From an uncultured Candidatus Rokubacteria bacterium (GTDB lineage Bacteria > Methylomirabilota > Methylomirabilia > Rokubacteriales > CSP1-6): 64,000 bases of DNA. Both the position numbers and the translations under genes were made by a program. Under the pieces are notes generated by a model. It did not search any database. It saw nothing but the letters and a program-made list of their open reading frames with translations, and was not told the origin of the DNA. Shown here piece after piece: positions 48,921-59,515 of the stretch (the stretch's first letter is position 1; every line of letters begins with the position of its first letter). The DNA lies in contig CAVVEU010000011.1 in NCBI GenBank assembly GCA_963747235.1, forward strand, positions 18,513 through 82,512, in the 5' to 3' direction.

Positions 48921-49591
48921 GGCTCGCCATCGTCATCCCGGCCCTGGACGAGGCGGCGAATCTCGCGCGCCTCCTGCCCGACCTCGCCCGCGACTGTCCC
49001 GGGGCGGAGATCGTCGTGGTGGACGGCGGCAGCCGCGACGAGACCGCGGCGGTGGTGGCGCGCGCGCCGGGCCCGCGGCTCCTCGCGAGCGCGCGCGGGC
49101 GGGCGCTCCAGATGAACCACGGGGCGCGCGCGACCGGCGGCGACGCGCTGCTGTTCCTGCACGCCGACACGCGCCTGCCCGGCGGCGCGGCGCGGGCGAT
49201 CGAGCGGGCGCTCGCCGATCCCGGCGTGGTGGGCGGCCGCTTCGACGTGCGCTTCGACAACGAGCGCGCGCTCTTCCGCGTGATCGCCTGGTTCATGAAC
49301 ACGCGCTCGCGGGCCTCCGGCATCTGCACCGGCGATCAGGCCATCTTCGTGCGCCGCGCCGACTTCGAGGCGATCGGCGGCTACCCCGAGATCCCGCTGA
49401 TGGAGGACATCGAGCTGACTCGCCGGCTGAAGCGCCGCGGAAGGCTGCGCGCGCTCCGCCTGCGCGTCACCACCTCCGCGCGGAAGTGGGAGCGGGAGGG
49501 GCCGCTGCGGACGATCGGCCTCATGTGGGCCCTCCGCTTCCTGCACTTCTGCGGGGTGGCCCCCGCGCGGCTGCACCGCTGGTACTATTGA
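48917..49591 (+). CDS. Glycosyltransferase family 2, TIGR04283-like
   Basis: IVIPALDE, VDGGSRD, GRALQMN.GA, LFLHADT, GDQAIF, PLMED and TSARKW motifs. Confidence 0.88.
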   Translation: MRLAIVIPALDEAANLARLLPDLARDCPGAEIVVVDGGSRDETAAVVARAPGPRLLASARGRALQMNHGARATGGDALLFLHADTRLPGGAARAIERALADPGVVGGRFDVRFDNERALFRVIAWFMNTRSRASGICTGDQAIFVRRADFEAIGGYPEIPLMEDIELTRRLKRRGRLRALRLRVTTSARKWEREGPLRTIGLMWALRFLHFCGVAPARLHRWYY

Positions 49592-49608
49592 GCCCCAGGA
49601 GGTGGGCG

Positions 49609-50490
49609 ATGCGCTTTTCCGGAGTCTGGCTGCCCATCATCACCCCGTTCAAGGACGGCGAGATCGATTACGCGGGCTATGAGCGACTGCTCGATCACTA
49701 CGTGCGCGCCGGGGTCACCGGGGTCATCCCGCTCGGCACCACCGGCGAGAGCCCGACCATCGACGAGGCGGAGACCGAGGCGCTGGTCGAGCGAACCGTG
49801 GCCACGGTCGCGGGCCGGGTGCCGATCCTGATCGGCGTCGGCGGCAACGACACGCGCAAGGTCGTGAAGGCGGTGAAGCGGCTGCAGAAGCACGCGGTGC
49901 AGGGCATCCTCTCGGTCTGCCCCTACTACAACCGGCCGAGCCAGGACGGCATGCGCGAGCACTTCACCCGCGTGGCCGAGGCCACCGACCGGCCGATCCT
50001 GATCTACAACATTCCGTATCGCACCGGCGTGAATCTCGCCAACGAGACGCTGCTCGCGCTGGCCGCGGTGCCCAACATCGCGGGCGTGAAGGACTCGTCC
50101 GGCAACATCGCCCAGTCGCTCGAGCTGCTGCGCCAGCGCCCGGCCGGCTTCGCGGTGCTGACCGGAGAGGACGCGTTCTTCTACACCATGCTGGCCCATG
50201 GCGGCGACGGGGGCATCCTCGCCTCCGCGCACGTCGAGACCGCGACGTTCCTCTCGGTGTACGAGCGCATGGTGGCCAACGACCACCAGGGCGCGCTCAA
50301 GGCCTGGGCGCGGCTCGAGCCGATGGTGCCGCTGCTCTTCAAGGAGCCGAACCCGGTGCCGATCAAGCACTGCCTCTGGCGGCGGGGCCTGATCGCCTCG
50401 GCGGAGTGCCGGCTCCCGCTCACGCGCGTCTCGGACGCGCTGGCGAAGGATCTCGATCGCCTCGTACCCACGGAGGAGCGCAACACATGA
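49609..50490 (+). CDS. dapA: 4-hydroxy-tetrahydrodipicolinate synthase
   Basis: ITPF, GTTGESPT, PYYNRPSQ, YNIPYRTG, GVKDS and PNPVPIK motifs. Confidence 0.88.
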   Translation: MRFSGVWLPIITPFKDGEIDYAGYERLLDHYVRAGVTGVIPLGTTGESPTIDEAETEALVERTVATVAGRVPILIGVGGNDTRKVVKAVKRLQKHAVQGILSVCPYYNRPSQDGMREHFTRVAEATDRPILIYNIPYRTGVNLANETLLALAAVPNIAGVKDSSGNIAQSLELLRQRPAGFAVLTGEDAFFYTMLAHGGDGGILASAHVETATFLSVYERMVANDHQGALKAWARLEPMVPLLFKEPNPVPIKHCLWRRGLIASAECRLPLTRVSDALAKDLDRLVPTEERNT

Positions 50491-50849
50491 CCGACAAGAA
50501 GGACGAGCAGGTTGTCGAGACCGCGACGGGGCTGGGCTACGTGGACCTGGTCGAGGGGTCCGGCGCCCAGCCCAAGACCGGCGACACCGTGAGCGTGCAC
50601 TACACCGGCTGGCTCAAGAGCGGCACGAAGTTCGACAGCTCGGTGGACCGCGGGACTCCGTTCGAGTTCCCGGTGGGCAAGGGCCGCGTCATCAAGGGCT
50701 GGGACGAGGGCGTCATCTCCATGAAGGTGGGGGGCAAGCGCAAGCTGATCATCCCCGCGCACCTGGGCTACGGTGATCGCGGGGCGGGCGGGGTCATCCC
50801 GGGCGGGGCGACCCTGATCTTCGAGGTGGAGCTGCTGGGGATTCGCTAG
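50487..50849 (+). CDS. FKBP-type peptidyl-prolyl isomerase
   Basis: VHYTG, FDSS, VIKGWDEG and LIFEVELL motifs. Confidence 0.95.
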   Translation: MTDKKDEQVVETATGLGYVDLVEGSGAQPKTGDTVSVHYTGWLKSGTKFDSSVDRGTPFEFPVGKGRVIKGWDEGVISMKVGGKRKLIIPAHLGYGDRGAGGVIPGGATLIFEVELLGIR

Positions 50850-50886
50850 GAGCTCACGCAGTCTTCCGTCAGGAGGAGGGCACCTC

Positions 50887-51209
50887 ATGAAGCGATTGAT
50901 CGTGCTGCTCGTCGTGGCCTTGTTCTCGACCGGCGCCCTGACCGCGCCCGACCGCCTGGGCCCAGGCCCCCAAGGCCGCGACGGCCCCGGCCAAGAGCGA
51001 CATCGAAGTCCATGGGCCACGACCCGCTCGACCTCAACACCGCGAGCGAGGCCGATCTCAAGATGATCCCGGGCATCGGCGACGCGTATGCCAAGAAGAT
51101 CGTCCAGAACCGGCCCTACAAGCGGAAGGACGAGCTGGTGCAGAAGAAAGTGGTGCCGCAGGCCACCTACGACAAGATCAAGGACCACGTGATCGCCAAG
51201 CAGAAATAG
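50887..51209 (+). CDS. ComEA-like helix-hairpin-helix secreted protein (frameshifted N-terminus)
   Basis: GGAGG RBS, signal peptide MKRLIVLL, then LDLNTAS..DL..IPGIG...AKKIV.NRPY. Confidence 0.82.
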
Positions 51210-52114
51210 TCCCGAGCGCGCGCGTGAGCGCCTCGCGCGCGCGCTCGACGTCGCCGTCCACGCCCTGGAGCTCGACCGGTACCGCGGTCGGGCTCCAGGG
51301 CGTCCAGCGTCGGAAGGTCGCGGGCGGAAACAGCACCACGCTCGGGGCGCCCACCGCGGCGGCCAGGTGGCTCACGCCCGAATCCCCGCCCAGGTAGGCG
51401 CGCGCGGCGCCGAGCACCGCGGCGAGGCGCGGCAGGTCGGGCTGGAGCAAGACGGTCGCGTCGCCCTCGAGCAGCGTCAGCAGGCGCTGCGCGGGCTCGG
51501 CGTCCGCGGGGCCCTGATGCACCAGCACGTCGACGTCACGACGCTGGCGTAGCCCGCGGATCACCTCGGCGAAGCGCTCGACCGGCCACCGCTTCCAGTC
51601 CCCGCCGCTCCCGGGATGCACGACGAGTCGGCGGAGACCGGCGCTCGGCCGAGAGCAGGTCGGCGGGCAGGGGTGGCGCGCGCAGCGGCTCCACGCGCTC
51701 CGGGATCGCGAGCTCCCAGCCGGCCAGCGTCCCGAGCAGATGCCGCCAGACCGGCGTGTCGTCGTCGGGCACCGGCGGCGCGACGAGCGCGCGCGGGGCG
51801 AGCGCGCGAAGCCGGCGGCAATACGTCTCGTCGCGCGAGCCGAACCACGAGACGATGCGGCTCGCGCCGCCCATGATCTCCGCCAGCGCGGCCGGGGTGG
51901 GCGCGTCCGCGAAGAGGGCCTCGAGGCCGAAGCCGTCGAACGTGCGCGCCTGCTGCGCCACGCCGAGCTCGACGAGCAGGTGCGCGAGGCGCGGCTGGCC
52001 CACGAAGGTGATCGGCGCCGCGGGCGCCACCGCGCGCAGGCCGCGCAGCGCGGGCACCGCCTGGAGCACGTCGCCCAGCGCGCCCGGGTGAATGATCAGG
52101 AATCCGGTTTCCAC
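51178..52114 (-). CDS. Glycosyltransferase family 9 (heptosyltransferase-like; frameshift near 51630)
   Basis: PGALGDVL, HPGSG...KRWP and GGDSGVSHLAAA motifs. Confidence 0.88.
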
Positions 52115-52143
52115 TTGACCTCCCGCGTGGCGGCCCGTAGCAT
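52115..52143 (+). promoter_or_regulatory. Candidate sigma70 promoter
   Basis: TTGACC-N17-TAGCAT, 9 nt before the ATG at 52153. Confidence 0.5.
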
Positions 52144-52152
52144 CCAGCCACC

Positions 52153-53088
52153 ATGAAATTCTCCATCTTCACCGGCATGACCGGCACGACCTGGGACGAG
52201 ATCCTCACGCTGTGGCGCCACGCGGACCAGACCGGCTGGGACGCGGCCTGCGTGACCGACCACTTCATGCCCAATACCGCCGACCGCGTCGGCGATACGC
52301 TCGAGTGCTGGACGGCGCTCGCCGCCCTGGCCGGCCTGACCACGCGCCTGCGCGTGGGCACCATCGTGAGCGGTAATACCTATCGCCATCCCGCGCTGCT
52401 CGCCAAGATGGCGACCAACGTGGACATCATCTCGCGCGGCCGACTCATCTGCGGCGTCGGCGCGGGCTGGCAGGAGAACGAGCACCGCGCCTACGGGATG
52501 GATTTCTACACCACCCGCGAGCGGCTCGCGCGCCTCGACGAGGCCTGCCACGTGATGAAGGCGCTGTGGACCGGGACCAAGGCCGACTACAAGGGCAAGT
52601 ACTACCAGCTCGACGGCGCGCCGCTGATGCCCAAGCCGGTGCAGAAGCCGTACCCCGAGCTGATGATCGGCGGCGGGGGCGAGAAGGTCACCCTGCGCAT
52701 CGCGGCCCGGCACGCGGATCACTGGAACGTGTGGGGCGGCCCGGCGATCTTGAGGCACAAGGGCGGGATCCTCGATCAGCACTGCGCCACCGAGAAGCGC
52801 GACCCGAAGAGCATCCTGCGCTCGGCGGTGATGGTGCTGGGCTTCGCGGACGACCGCGCGGGTATCGAGAAGATCGAGCAGGCCTACATGAAGCGGATGG
52901 GCGCCGACGCGGAGAAGGCGCGCGACACGGTGCTGGCGGGCAGCGTGAGCCAGATCAAGGACAAGCTGGCGGCGCTGCGGGAGGCCGGCGTGGGCATGCT
53001 CTTCATCCCGACGTTCCTGCTCCCCGCCGATCGCTTCGCCACCCTCGATCGCTTCATGGCCGAGGTCGCGCCCGCCTTCCGCGCCTAG
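52153..53088 (+). CDS. LLM class (probably F420-dependent type) oxidoreductase
   Basis: DHF, ECWTALAALA, YRHPALLAKM, GAGW.E.E, PKPVQ and GGGGEK motifs. Confidence 0.88.
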   Translation: MKFSIFTGMTGTTWDEILTLWRHADQTGWDAACVTDHFMPNTADRVGDTLECWTALAALAGLTTRLRVGTIVSGNTYRHPALLAKMATNVDIISRGRLICGVGAGWQENEHRAYGMDFYTTRERLARLDEACHVMKALWTGTKADYKGKYYQLDGAPLMPKPVQKPYPELMIGGGGEKVTLRIAARHADHWNVWGGPAILRHKGGILDQHCATEKRDPKSILRSAVMVLGFADDRAGIEKIEQAYMKRMGADAEKARDTVLAGSVSQIKDKLAALREAGVGMLFIPTFLLPADRFATLDRFMAEVAPAFRA

Positions 53089-53923
53089 CTCGCCCCGCCC
53101 GCGGCGCTCTCCACCGCGGCGCGGTAGTGCGCGCTGATCTCGCCGAGCGAGGCGATCCACATCCGCGGCGTGTGGCGCGCGTGCTCCATCAGCTCGCGGA
53201 GACAGGCCAGGCGTGACGGCCGGCCGATGATCTGCGGATGGAAGGTGAAGTTGGTCACCCCCCGCGCCTCCGTGATGCCGTCGAACTCGGTGAGCCAGCC
53301 CTGCAGCACCGGGACCCGGCGGCTGGATGGACCGCTGGCCGGTGAACATGAAGTACGGGGCGTCGTCGAGCACCCACGAGACCGGGATCTCCACGAGCGC
53401 GCGGCCGCCCGCCGGCGGATGCAGGTACGGCGAGAGCCGGTCCATCATGTTCGAGGAGTAGTCGAAGCCGTACTGCGCGAGCAGCGGGATCGTCGCGGCG
53501 GAGAGCTGCCAGGCCGGCGCGCGGTAGCCGAGCGGGCGCGTGCCGCCCAGGCGCGTGAGCACCTCGACGCTCCGGGCCAGGATGGCCTCCTCGCGGTCGG
53601 GCGGCAATTCGCTCACCCGCTCGTGCTCGTCACCGTGGCAGCCGATCTCGTGGCCGCCGTCCACGATGGCGCGCACCGCGTCCTGGTGGTGCTCGGCCAC
53701 CCAGGCCGGGATGAAGAACGAGGCGCGAATATCCTGCGTGCGCAGGAGCGCCAGGATGCGCGGCAGCGCTTCCACCGGCCCGAATCGCCCCTGCGAGAGG
53801 GTGACCGGCTCGTGCACGCCGCGGGCCATCCACAGCGTCTCCGCGTCGAGGTCGAACGTGAAGGCGCAGGCCGCGCGGGCGTTGCGGGGCCAGTGGGGCG
53901 CGTTGGGGTGGATCGAAGGCCAT
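53085..53923 (-). CDS. Polysaccharide deacetylase family protein (PuuE-like; frameshifts)
   Basis: FTFDLDAE, SFFIP, HEIGCHG..HE, GYRAP and FHPQIIGRP motifs. Confidence 0.88.
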
Positions 53924-54010
53924 TGCGCCGCTCAGTGTAGCCGATGGGATCAGCCCCGGCCAGCGGCCCGCGCGGGTCGAAAAATGCGCCGTACGGTATA
54001 GTGGAATCCT

Positions 54011-54947
54011 ATGGGCGACTCGACGGAAACCATCCGCCGTCTCGAGGAAAACGTCGGGCGCGCGCTGTTCGGAAAGCCGGAGGTGGTGCGGCTCGCCATC
54101 ATCGGCCTGGTCGCCCGCGGGCACCTCCTGATCGAGGACGTGCCCGGCGTGGGCAAGACCACGCTGGCCTCGGGCCTGGCCCGGTCCATCGGGGCCTCGT
54201 TCCAGCGCATCCAGTTCACCTCCGACATGCTGCCCTCCGACGTGCTGGGCGTCTCGGTGTGGGAGCCCAAGAGCGCGGGAGTTCGTCTTCAAGCCGGGCC
54301 CGCTCTTCACCAACATCGTGCTCGCCGACGAGATCAACCGCACCACGCCCAAGACGCAGTCCGCGCTGCTCGAGGCGATGAACGAGGCCCAGGTCTCGCT
54401 CGACCACTCGACCTATCCGCTGCCGCGGCCCTTCATGGTGCTGGCCACCCAGAACCCGCGCGAGTACGAGGGCACGTTCCCGCTGCCCGAATCGCAGCTC
54501 GACCGCTTCCTGCTGCGCATCCGCATCGGCTACCCGGCCGCGAACGACGAGAAGGCGGTGCTCCGCGGCGACGTCGCCCCCGCCGATCTCATGCCGGTGG
54601 TCGAGGCCGACGAGGTGCTCGCGCTCCAGGAAGCGGCCGACAAGGTGCGGGTGGAGGAATCGGTCCTCGACTACCTGGTCGCGCTGGTGACCGCCACGCG
54701 CCGCTCGCCGCTGCTCGCGCTGGGCGTGAGCCCGCGCGGCTCGCTGGCCCTGCTGCGGGCCGCCCGCGCCCGCGCGCTCGCCGACGGGCGCGACTACCTG
54801 CTGCCCGACGACGTCAAGCAGCTCGCGGTGCCCGCCCTCGCCCATCGCGTGATCGTCAAGGGCTCGCTCGCGGGCGCCGCGGCGGGCGGCATGGACGGCG
54901 AAGCCGCCGTCACCGCCATCCTGCAGGACGTTCCCGTTCCGAGGTAG
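54011..54947 (+). CDS. MoxR family AAA+ ATPase (frameshift near 54280)
   Basis: EDVPGVGKT, RIQFTSD, ADEINR, ATQNP and LPESQLDRF motifs. Confidence 0.93.
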
Positions 54948-54951
54948 GGCG

Positions 54952-55992
54952 GTGACGCTGGTCCGGGCCGCGATCTGGCGGCTGTTCCACCCGCGCCGGA
55001 CCATCAAGCCCACCCGCGACGGCTGGTGGTGCCTGCTCGTGGCGGTGGGGCTGGGCGTCGCCGCCATCAATACCGGCAACAACCTGCTCTACCTGCTGGT
55101 CTCGGCGCTGCTCGCCCTCATCGTGGTCTCCGGCATCCTCTCCGAGCAGAGCATGCGGGGCCTCGAGCTGATCGGCGTCGCGCCGGACGAGATCTACGCG
55201 GGCCAGCCCGCGCTGCTCGGGGCCACGCTCGCCAACCGCAAGCGCTGGTTCACCTCGTACTCGGTCACGGTGGAGCTGCTCGCTCCCGAGGCGCGCTCGC
55301 TCGAGTCCGCCTCGCGCTTCATCTACGTCCGCCGGATCGAGGCGGGGCTCGAGCGCCTCGCCACGTGGGAAGAGACGCTGCCGCAGCGCGGCCGCCATCG
55401 GCTCACCGGCGTGCGCCTCACCACGCGCTTCCCCTTCGGCCTCTTCGTGAAGGCGGGGCGGCCCGCGCTCGCCGACGACGTGGTCGTGTTCCCGGCGGTG
55501 CGCCCGGTCTCGGCCGAGACGCTCCGCCGGCTCGGCGAGAGCGGCGACGCCTCCGCCCGGCGCCGCGGCCGCGGCAACGATCTCTACAACCTCCGCGGCT
55601 ACCGGTCGGGCGACGACCCGCGCTTCATCCACTGGCGCAGCAGCGCCAAGGCCGAAGGCCTCATGGTGCGCGAGCTCGAGGCGGACACGAGCCAGAACAC
55701 GCGCCTCGTGCTGGTCGGGCGGGGCCGGCGCGGCGCGGAAGCGCTCGAGCGCGGGCTCTCGGAGGCGGCCTCGCTGGCGGTGGCGCTCACCCGCGCGGGC
55801 GCGGGGGTGGAGCTGGCGGGCCCGGACTGCGCGGTGCCGCTCGGCCACGGCCGCGCGCACCTGCGGCGCATGCTCACCGCGCTCGCGCTCTACGACGTCG
55901 AGGGCCCGCGCGCCGAGCCGGCCGCCCTCACCGGCGTCGAGGCGCTGCGCGGCACCCGTCCTCTCCGCGAGATCCGGATCGCGCTGGTCTGA
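54952..55992 (+). CDS. DUF58 domain protein
   Basis: NTGNNLLYL, FPFGLF and LRGYR.GDD.R.IHW..SAK motifs. Confidence 0.9.
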   Translation: MTLVRAAIWRLFHPRRTIKPTRDGWWCLLVAVGLGVAAINTGNNLLYLLVSALLALIVVSGILSEQSMRGLELIGVAPDEIYAGQPALLGATLANRKRWFTSYSVTVELLAPEARSLESASRFIYVRRIEAGLERLATWEETLPQRGRHRLTGVRLTTRFPFGLFVKAGRPALADDVVVFPAVRPVSAETLRRLGESGDASARRRGRGNDLYNLRGYRSGDDPRFIHWRSSAKAEGLMVRELEADTSQNTRLVLVGRGRRGAEALERGLSEAASLAVALTRAGAGVELAGPDCAVPLGHGRAHLRRMLTALALYDVEGPRAEPAALTGVEALRGTRPLREIRIALV

Positions 55993-55993
55993 C

Positions 55994-58060
55994 ATGCCGG
56001 CCCTCCTCGCCCTCCGCCTCGTCACGTACCTGATGGTGTGCGCCGGCGTGGCCGCGCTCTACTTCGCCAACCTGATCGGGGCGCCGGGCGCCGCGCTGGT
56101 GGTGCTGGCGATCCTGGTGAGCTGGGGCCACGAGCAGGCACGCGAGCGCGGCGCGGTGCGCCCCGCGCTCGGCTGGAGCCTGGTGACCACCGCGGCGGTG
56201 GCCATCGCGGTGGATCTCTTCTACCTGGCCTACTCGCTGCTGGACGGCATGGTGCACCTGCTGCTGTTCCTGATCCTGCTGCGGCTCTTCGCGCGCCGCG
56301 GCCTGCGCGACCTGCGCGACGCCGGGCTGCTGTCCTTCTTCATGCTGGTGGCCGCCGCCTCGATCAGCTTCAACGTGAGCTTCCTCTTCGTGTTCGTCGC
56401 GTACTTCCTGCTCGGCACCTGGATGCTGATCCTCAACCACGTGGTGACCGAGCTGGAGCTGGCGGGTCGTCCCGGCGACGTCACGACCACCGCCCGCCGG
56501 GTCTTCTTCCGCGGCCCGCTCACCCAGGTGAGCCTGGTCGCCGCCGCCATCACCTTCGTCCTCGCGGCCGGCCTCTTCTTCGTGATCCCGCGGGTGGGGC
56601 AGGCCGCGCTGCCGCTCCGGGCGTCCATCGGCCGCATGGTGACCGGGTTCTCGGACCGCGTGGACCTGGGCAGCTTCGGCGACATCGAGAGCGACCGCAC
56701 GGTGGTCATGCGCGTCTACCTGGCGGACGAGCGCCTCGATCCGGCCACGCTCCCCGGGCTGCGGTGGCGCGGGGTGGCGTTCGACCAGTTCGACGGCCGG
56801 ACGTGGTCGAGCGCGGCGGCGCCCCGCCGCTACCTGCAGCGCACGGTCGCGGGCGACTTCGGGGTCGGGCTGCCCCGTGGGACGGGCCCGGTGGTGCGCC
56901 AGGAGATCTACCTCGAGCCGATCGGGAGCGACGCGGTGTTCGCGGCGCCGCGCGCGGTGCGGATCGAGATCCGCTCGCCCTCGCTGGTGGTGGACGACAT
57001 GGACGGCCTCACCGTGTCCAGTCCCAGCGCCCGCCTGCACTACGTCGTCGAGTCCGAGATCGACAGCCCCGGCCGGCCGCTCGGGCCTGGGCGCCGCCCG
57101 TCGTCCACGCTGACCGTCGCCGATCGCGCGCGGTTCCTGCAGCTCCCGCCCATGCCGCCCGAGATCGAGCGCCTCGCCCGCGAGGTGACCGCGGGCAGCG
57201 CCGACCCCGAGGCGGCGGCCGGCCGGATCAGCGCGCATCTCAGCACCCACTATCGCTACACGCTGGCGCTCAAGCGGCAGACCCAGACCACGCGGGCGCC
57301 GCTCGAGGAGTTCCTCTTCGTGCGTCGCTCGGGCAACTGCGAGTACTTCGCGGCCGCGATGGCGGTCATGCTGCGGAGCGTCGGCGTGCCCGCCCGGGTG
57401 GTGGCGGGCTTCCAGCAGGGCGAGTGGAACCCGTACGGCCGCTACTTCATGGTGCGCCTGAGCGACGCGCACGCGTGGGTCGAGGTCCACATCGACGGGC
57501 GGGGCTGGGTGGCCTTCGATCCGTCGCCGCGCGCGGAGGCGATGGCGGAGGAGATCCCCGGCCGCGTGTCGCTCTACTTCGACGCGGCGCGCATGCGCTG
57601 GTATCGCTACGTGGTCAACTGGAGCCTGCGCGACCAGGTGCAGCTCGCCGCCTCCGTCCACCGCCAGGCCGCCGACGCGCGGGTGGCCCTGGCGTGGCCG
57701 CGCGACTGGCGCGTGCACCCGGCGGTGGGGACCGGCGCGGGCCTCGCGGTGGTGGTGGCGCTGCTGTGGTGGCTGCGGCGCTACGGACACGTCCTGCCGC
57801 GGAGCGGGCCGGCGGCCCGGATGCCCGCGTTCTACGAGCGGGCGCTCCGGCTCCTGGCCCGCCGCGGGCTGGCGCCCGGCGCCGCGGAGACCGCCCGCCA
57901 GTTCGCCTCGCGAGTGGGCGAGCGCGCGCCGGACCGCGCGGCCGCGTTCGGCCGCCTCACCGGCTACTACGAGCGCGCGCGCTTCGGCGACGCCCCGCTC
58001 ACCGAAGCGGAGCGGCAGGACGTGGCGCGATCGCTCGCCGCGCTCGGCACGCGCTCGTAG
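55994..58060 (+). CDS. Transglutaminase TgpA-like membrane protein (DUF3488-TGase-DUF4129)
   Basis: N-terminal TM helices; catalytic triad in GNCEYFA, AHAWVE and FDP; C-terminal ET..QFA...YERARF. Confidence 0.9.
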   Translation: MPALLALRLVTYLMVCAGVAALYFANLIGAPGAALVVLAILVSWGHEQARERGAVRPALGWSLVTTAAVAIAVDLFYLAYSLLDGMVHLLLFLILLRLFARRGLRDLRDAGLLSFFMLVAAASISFNVSFLFVFVAYFLLGTWMLILNHVVTELELAGRPGDVTTTARRVFFRGPLTQVSLVAAAITFVLAAGLFFVIPRVGQAALPLRASIGRMVTGFSDRVDLGSFGDIESDRTVVMRVYLADERLDPATLPGLRWRGVAFDQFDGRTWSSAAAPRRYLQRTVAGDFGVGLPRGTGPVVRQEIYLEPIGSDAVFAAPRAVRIEIRSPSLVVDDMDGLTVSSPSARLHYVVESEIDSPGRPLGPGRRPSSTLTVADRARFLQLPPMPPEIERLAREVTAGSADPEAAAGRISAHLSTHYRYTLALKRQTQTTRAPLEEFLFVRRSGNCEYFAAAMAVMLRSVGVPARVVAGFQQGEWNPYGRYFMVRLSDAHAWVEVHIDGRGWVAFDPSPRAEAMAEEIPGRVSLYFDAARMRWYRYVVNWSLRDQVQLAASVHRQAADARVALAWPRDWRVHPAVGTGAGLAVVVALLWWLRRYGHVLPRSGPAARMPAFYERALRLLARRGLAPGAAETARQFASRVGERAPDRAAAFGRLTGYYERARFGDAPLTEAERQDVARSLAALGTRS

Positions 58061-58101
58061 GCCCACCGCCGCGCGCGGCGCGGCGTGCTAGCATCCCCTT
58101 C

Positions 58102-59514
58102 GTGCGAGTGGGGGTTCGTTCTCTCGCGGGGGTGCTGGCCCTCCTGGCCGTCTCCGGCTGCTCCAGCCGATCCGGCCATCCCATGCGGGTTGCCTCGGGC
58201 TACATCAGCCACGTGCTCTGCTCCTACGTGTTCGTCTCGGGACTGGACCCGGCGCGGGTGCATGAAGAAGCCATCGCGGTCAACCCGGCCTTCCGCACGA
58301 TCAACTGGGCGGTGCGCCACGAGGTGGATCGGGCCGGGCGCGTGGTCGTGGTCCGCGTGCTCGGCGGCTTCGAGAGCCGGGCGGTGTACCGGGACGGGCT
58401 CGGCTGTCTCAACCTGAACGGGACGCCGGCGCCCGAGGTGCCGGGGCGCGCCGAGATCGAGGCCGACGGGCCGATCCCCTCGCTTCTTCCCGACATCGCG
58501 GGACCGGAGATCGTCACGCCGGCCGGGGCGGGCTTGAAGGCCGCGATCGACGCGGCCTTCGCCGAGCCCGACGGCACGCCGGTGCGACGCACCCACGCGG
58601 TCGTCATCGTGCACGATGGGCGCGTGGTGGCGGAGCGCTACGCCGACGGCTTCGGCGTGGACACGCCGGTGCACGGCTGGTCCGCGACCAAGTCGGTCAA
58701 CAACGCGCTGCTCGGCATTCTCGTCCGCCAGGGCAAGCTGAAGATGGAGGATCCGGCGCCGGTGGCGGCCTGGCAGGCGCCCGGCGATCCCCGCCGCGCG
58801 ATCACGCCGGATCATCTGCTGCGCATGCAGAGCGGGCTCGAGCTGGGCGACTCGCTCACCGCGAGCCTGTCGACCGCCTGGGATACGTCCGCCCGGATGG
58901 CCTTCAACGAGCCGGACATGGCGGGCTTCGCCGAGCGCGCGGCGCTCGTGGCTCCGCCGGGGACGACGTGGAAGTACGCCAACGGCAACCCGGCGATCCT
59001 GGCGCGCATCCTCCGCGATCGGGCCGGCGGCCGCGCGGGGGACGTGCTGCGCTTCGCGCGGCGCGAGCTGTTCGGGCCGCTCGGCATCCGCGGCGCCACG
59101 CTGGAGCTCGATGCCACCGGCACGCCGATCGCGGGCGCGTTCCTGTTCGCGCCGCCGCGGGACTGGGCGCGCTTCGGGCTGCTGTTCCTCGAGGACGGCG
59201 TCGTGGGCGGGACGCGCATCCTGCCCGACGGCTGGGTCCGCTACTCGACGACGCCCACGCCGAGCGCCGGGGTCGGATACGGCGCCGGATGGTGGATCAA
59301 CGAGGGGGACAGCCCGGGCGCCCGCTTCCGCCGGGACCACGGGATGCCCGCGGAGGCGTTCCTGGCCCTCGGCATCTACGGCCAGACGGTCGTGGTGGTG
59401 CCGTCCCAGCGGCTCGTGATCGCGCGCTTCGGGACGACCTACGATCTCCGGATGGCGATGATCGACATCTGCCGGCTCACCGCCGACACGATCGCCGCCC
59501 TGCGCGCGCCGTAG
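58102..59514 (+). CDS. Serine hydrolase (beta-lactamase family), putative lipoprotein
   Basis: LAVSGC lipobox, SxxK in WSATKS, YAN, RDWARFG and G.YGQ motifs. Confidence 0.88.
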   Translation: MRVGVRSLAGVLALLAVSGCSSRSGHPMRVASGYISHVLCSYVFVSGLDPARVHEEAIAVNPAFRTINWAVRHEVDRAGRVVVVRVLGGFESRAVYRDGLGCLNLNGTPAPEVPGRAEIEADGPIPSLLPDIAGPEIVTPAGAGLKAAIDAAFAEPDGTPVRRTHAVVIVHDGRVVAERYADGFGVDTPVHGWSATKSVNNALLGILVRQGKLKMEDPAPVAAWQAPGDPRRAITPDHLLRMQSGLELGDSLTASLSTAWDTSARMAFNEPDMAGFAERAALVAPPGTTWKYANGNPAILARILRDRAGGRAGDVLRFARRELFGPLGIRGATLELDATGTPIAGAFLFAPPRDWARFGLLFLEDGVVGGTRILPDGWVRYSTTPTPSAGVGYGAGWWINEGDSPGARFRRDHGMPAEAFLALGIYGQTVVVVPSQRLVIARFGTTYDLRMAMIDICRLTADTIAALRAP

Positions 59515-59515
59515 C

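Noticed and set aside
54011-58060. MoxR-DUF58-transglutaminase operon as a novel system
   Set aside because: A widespread, already described gene arrangement
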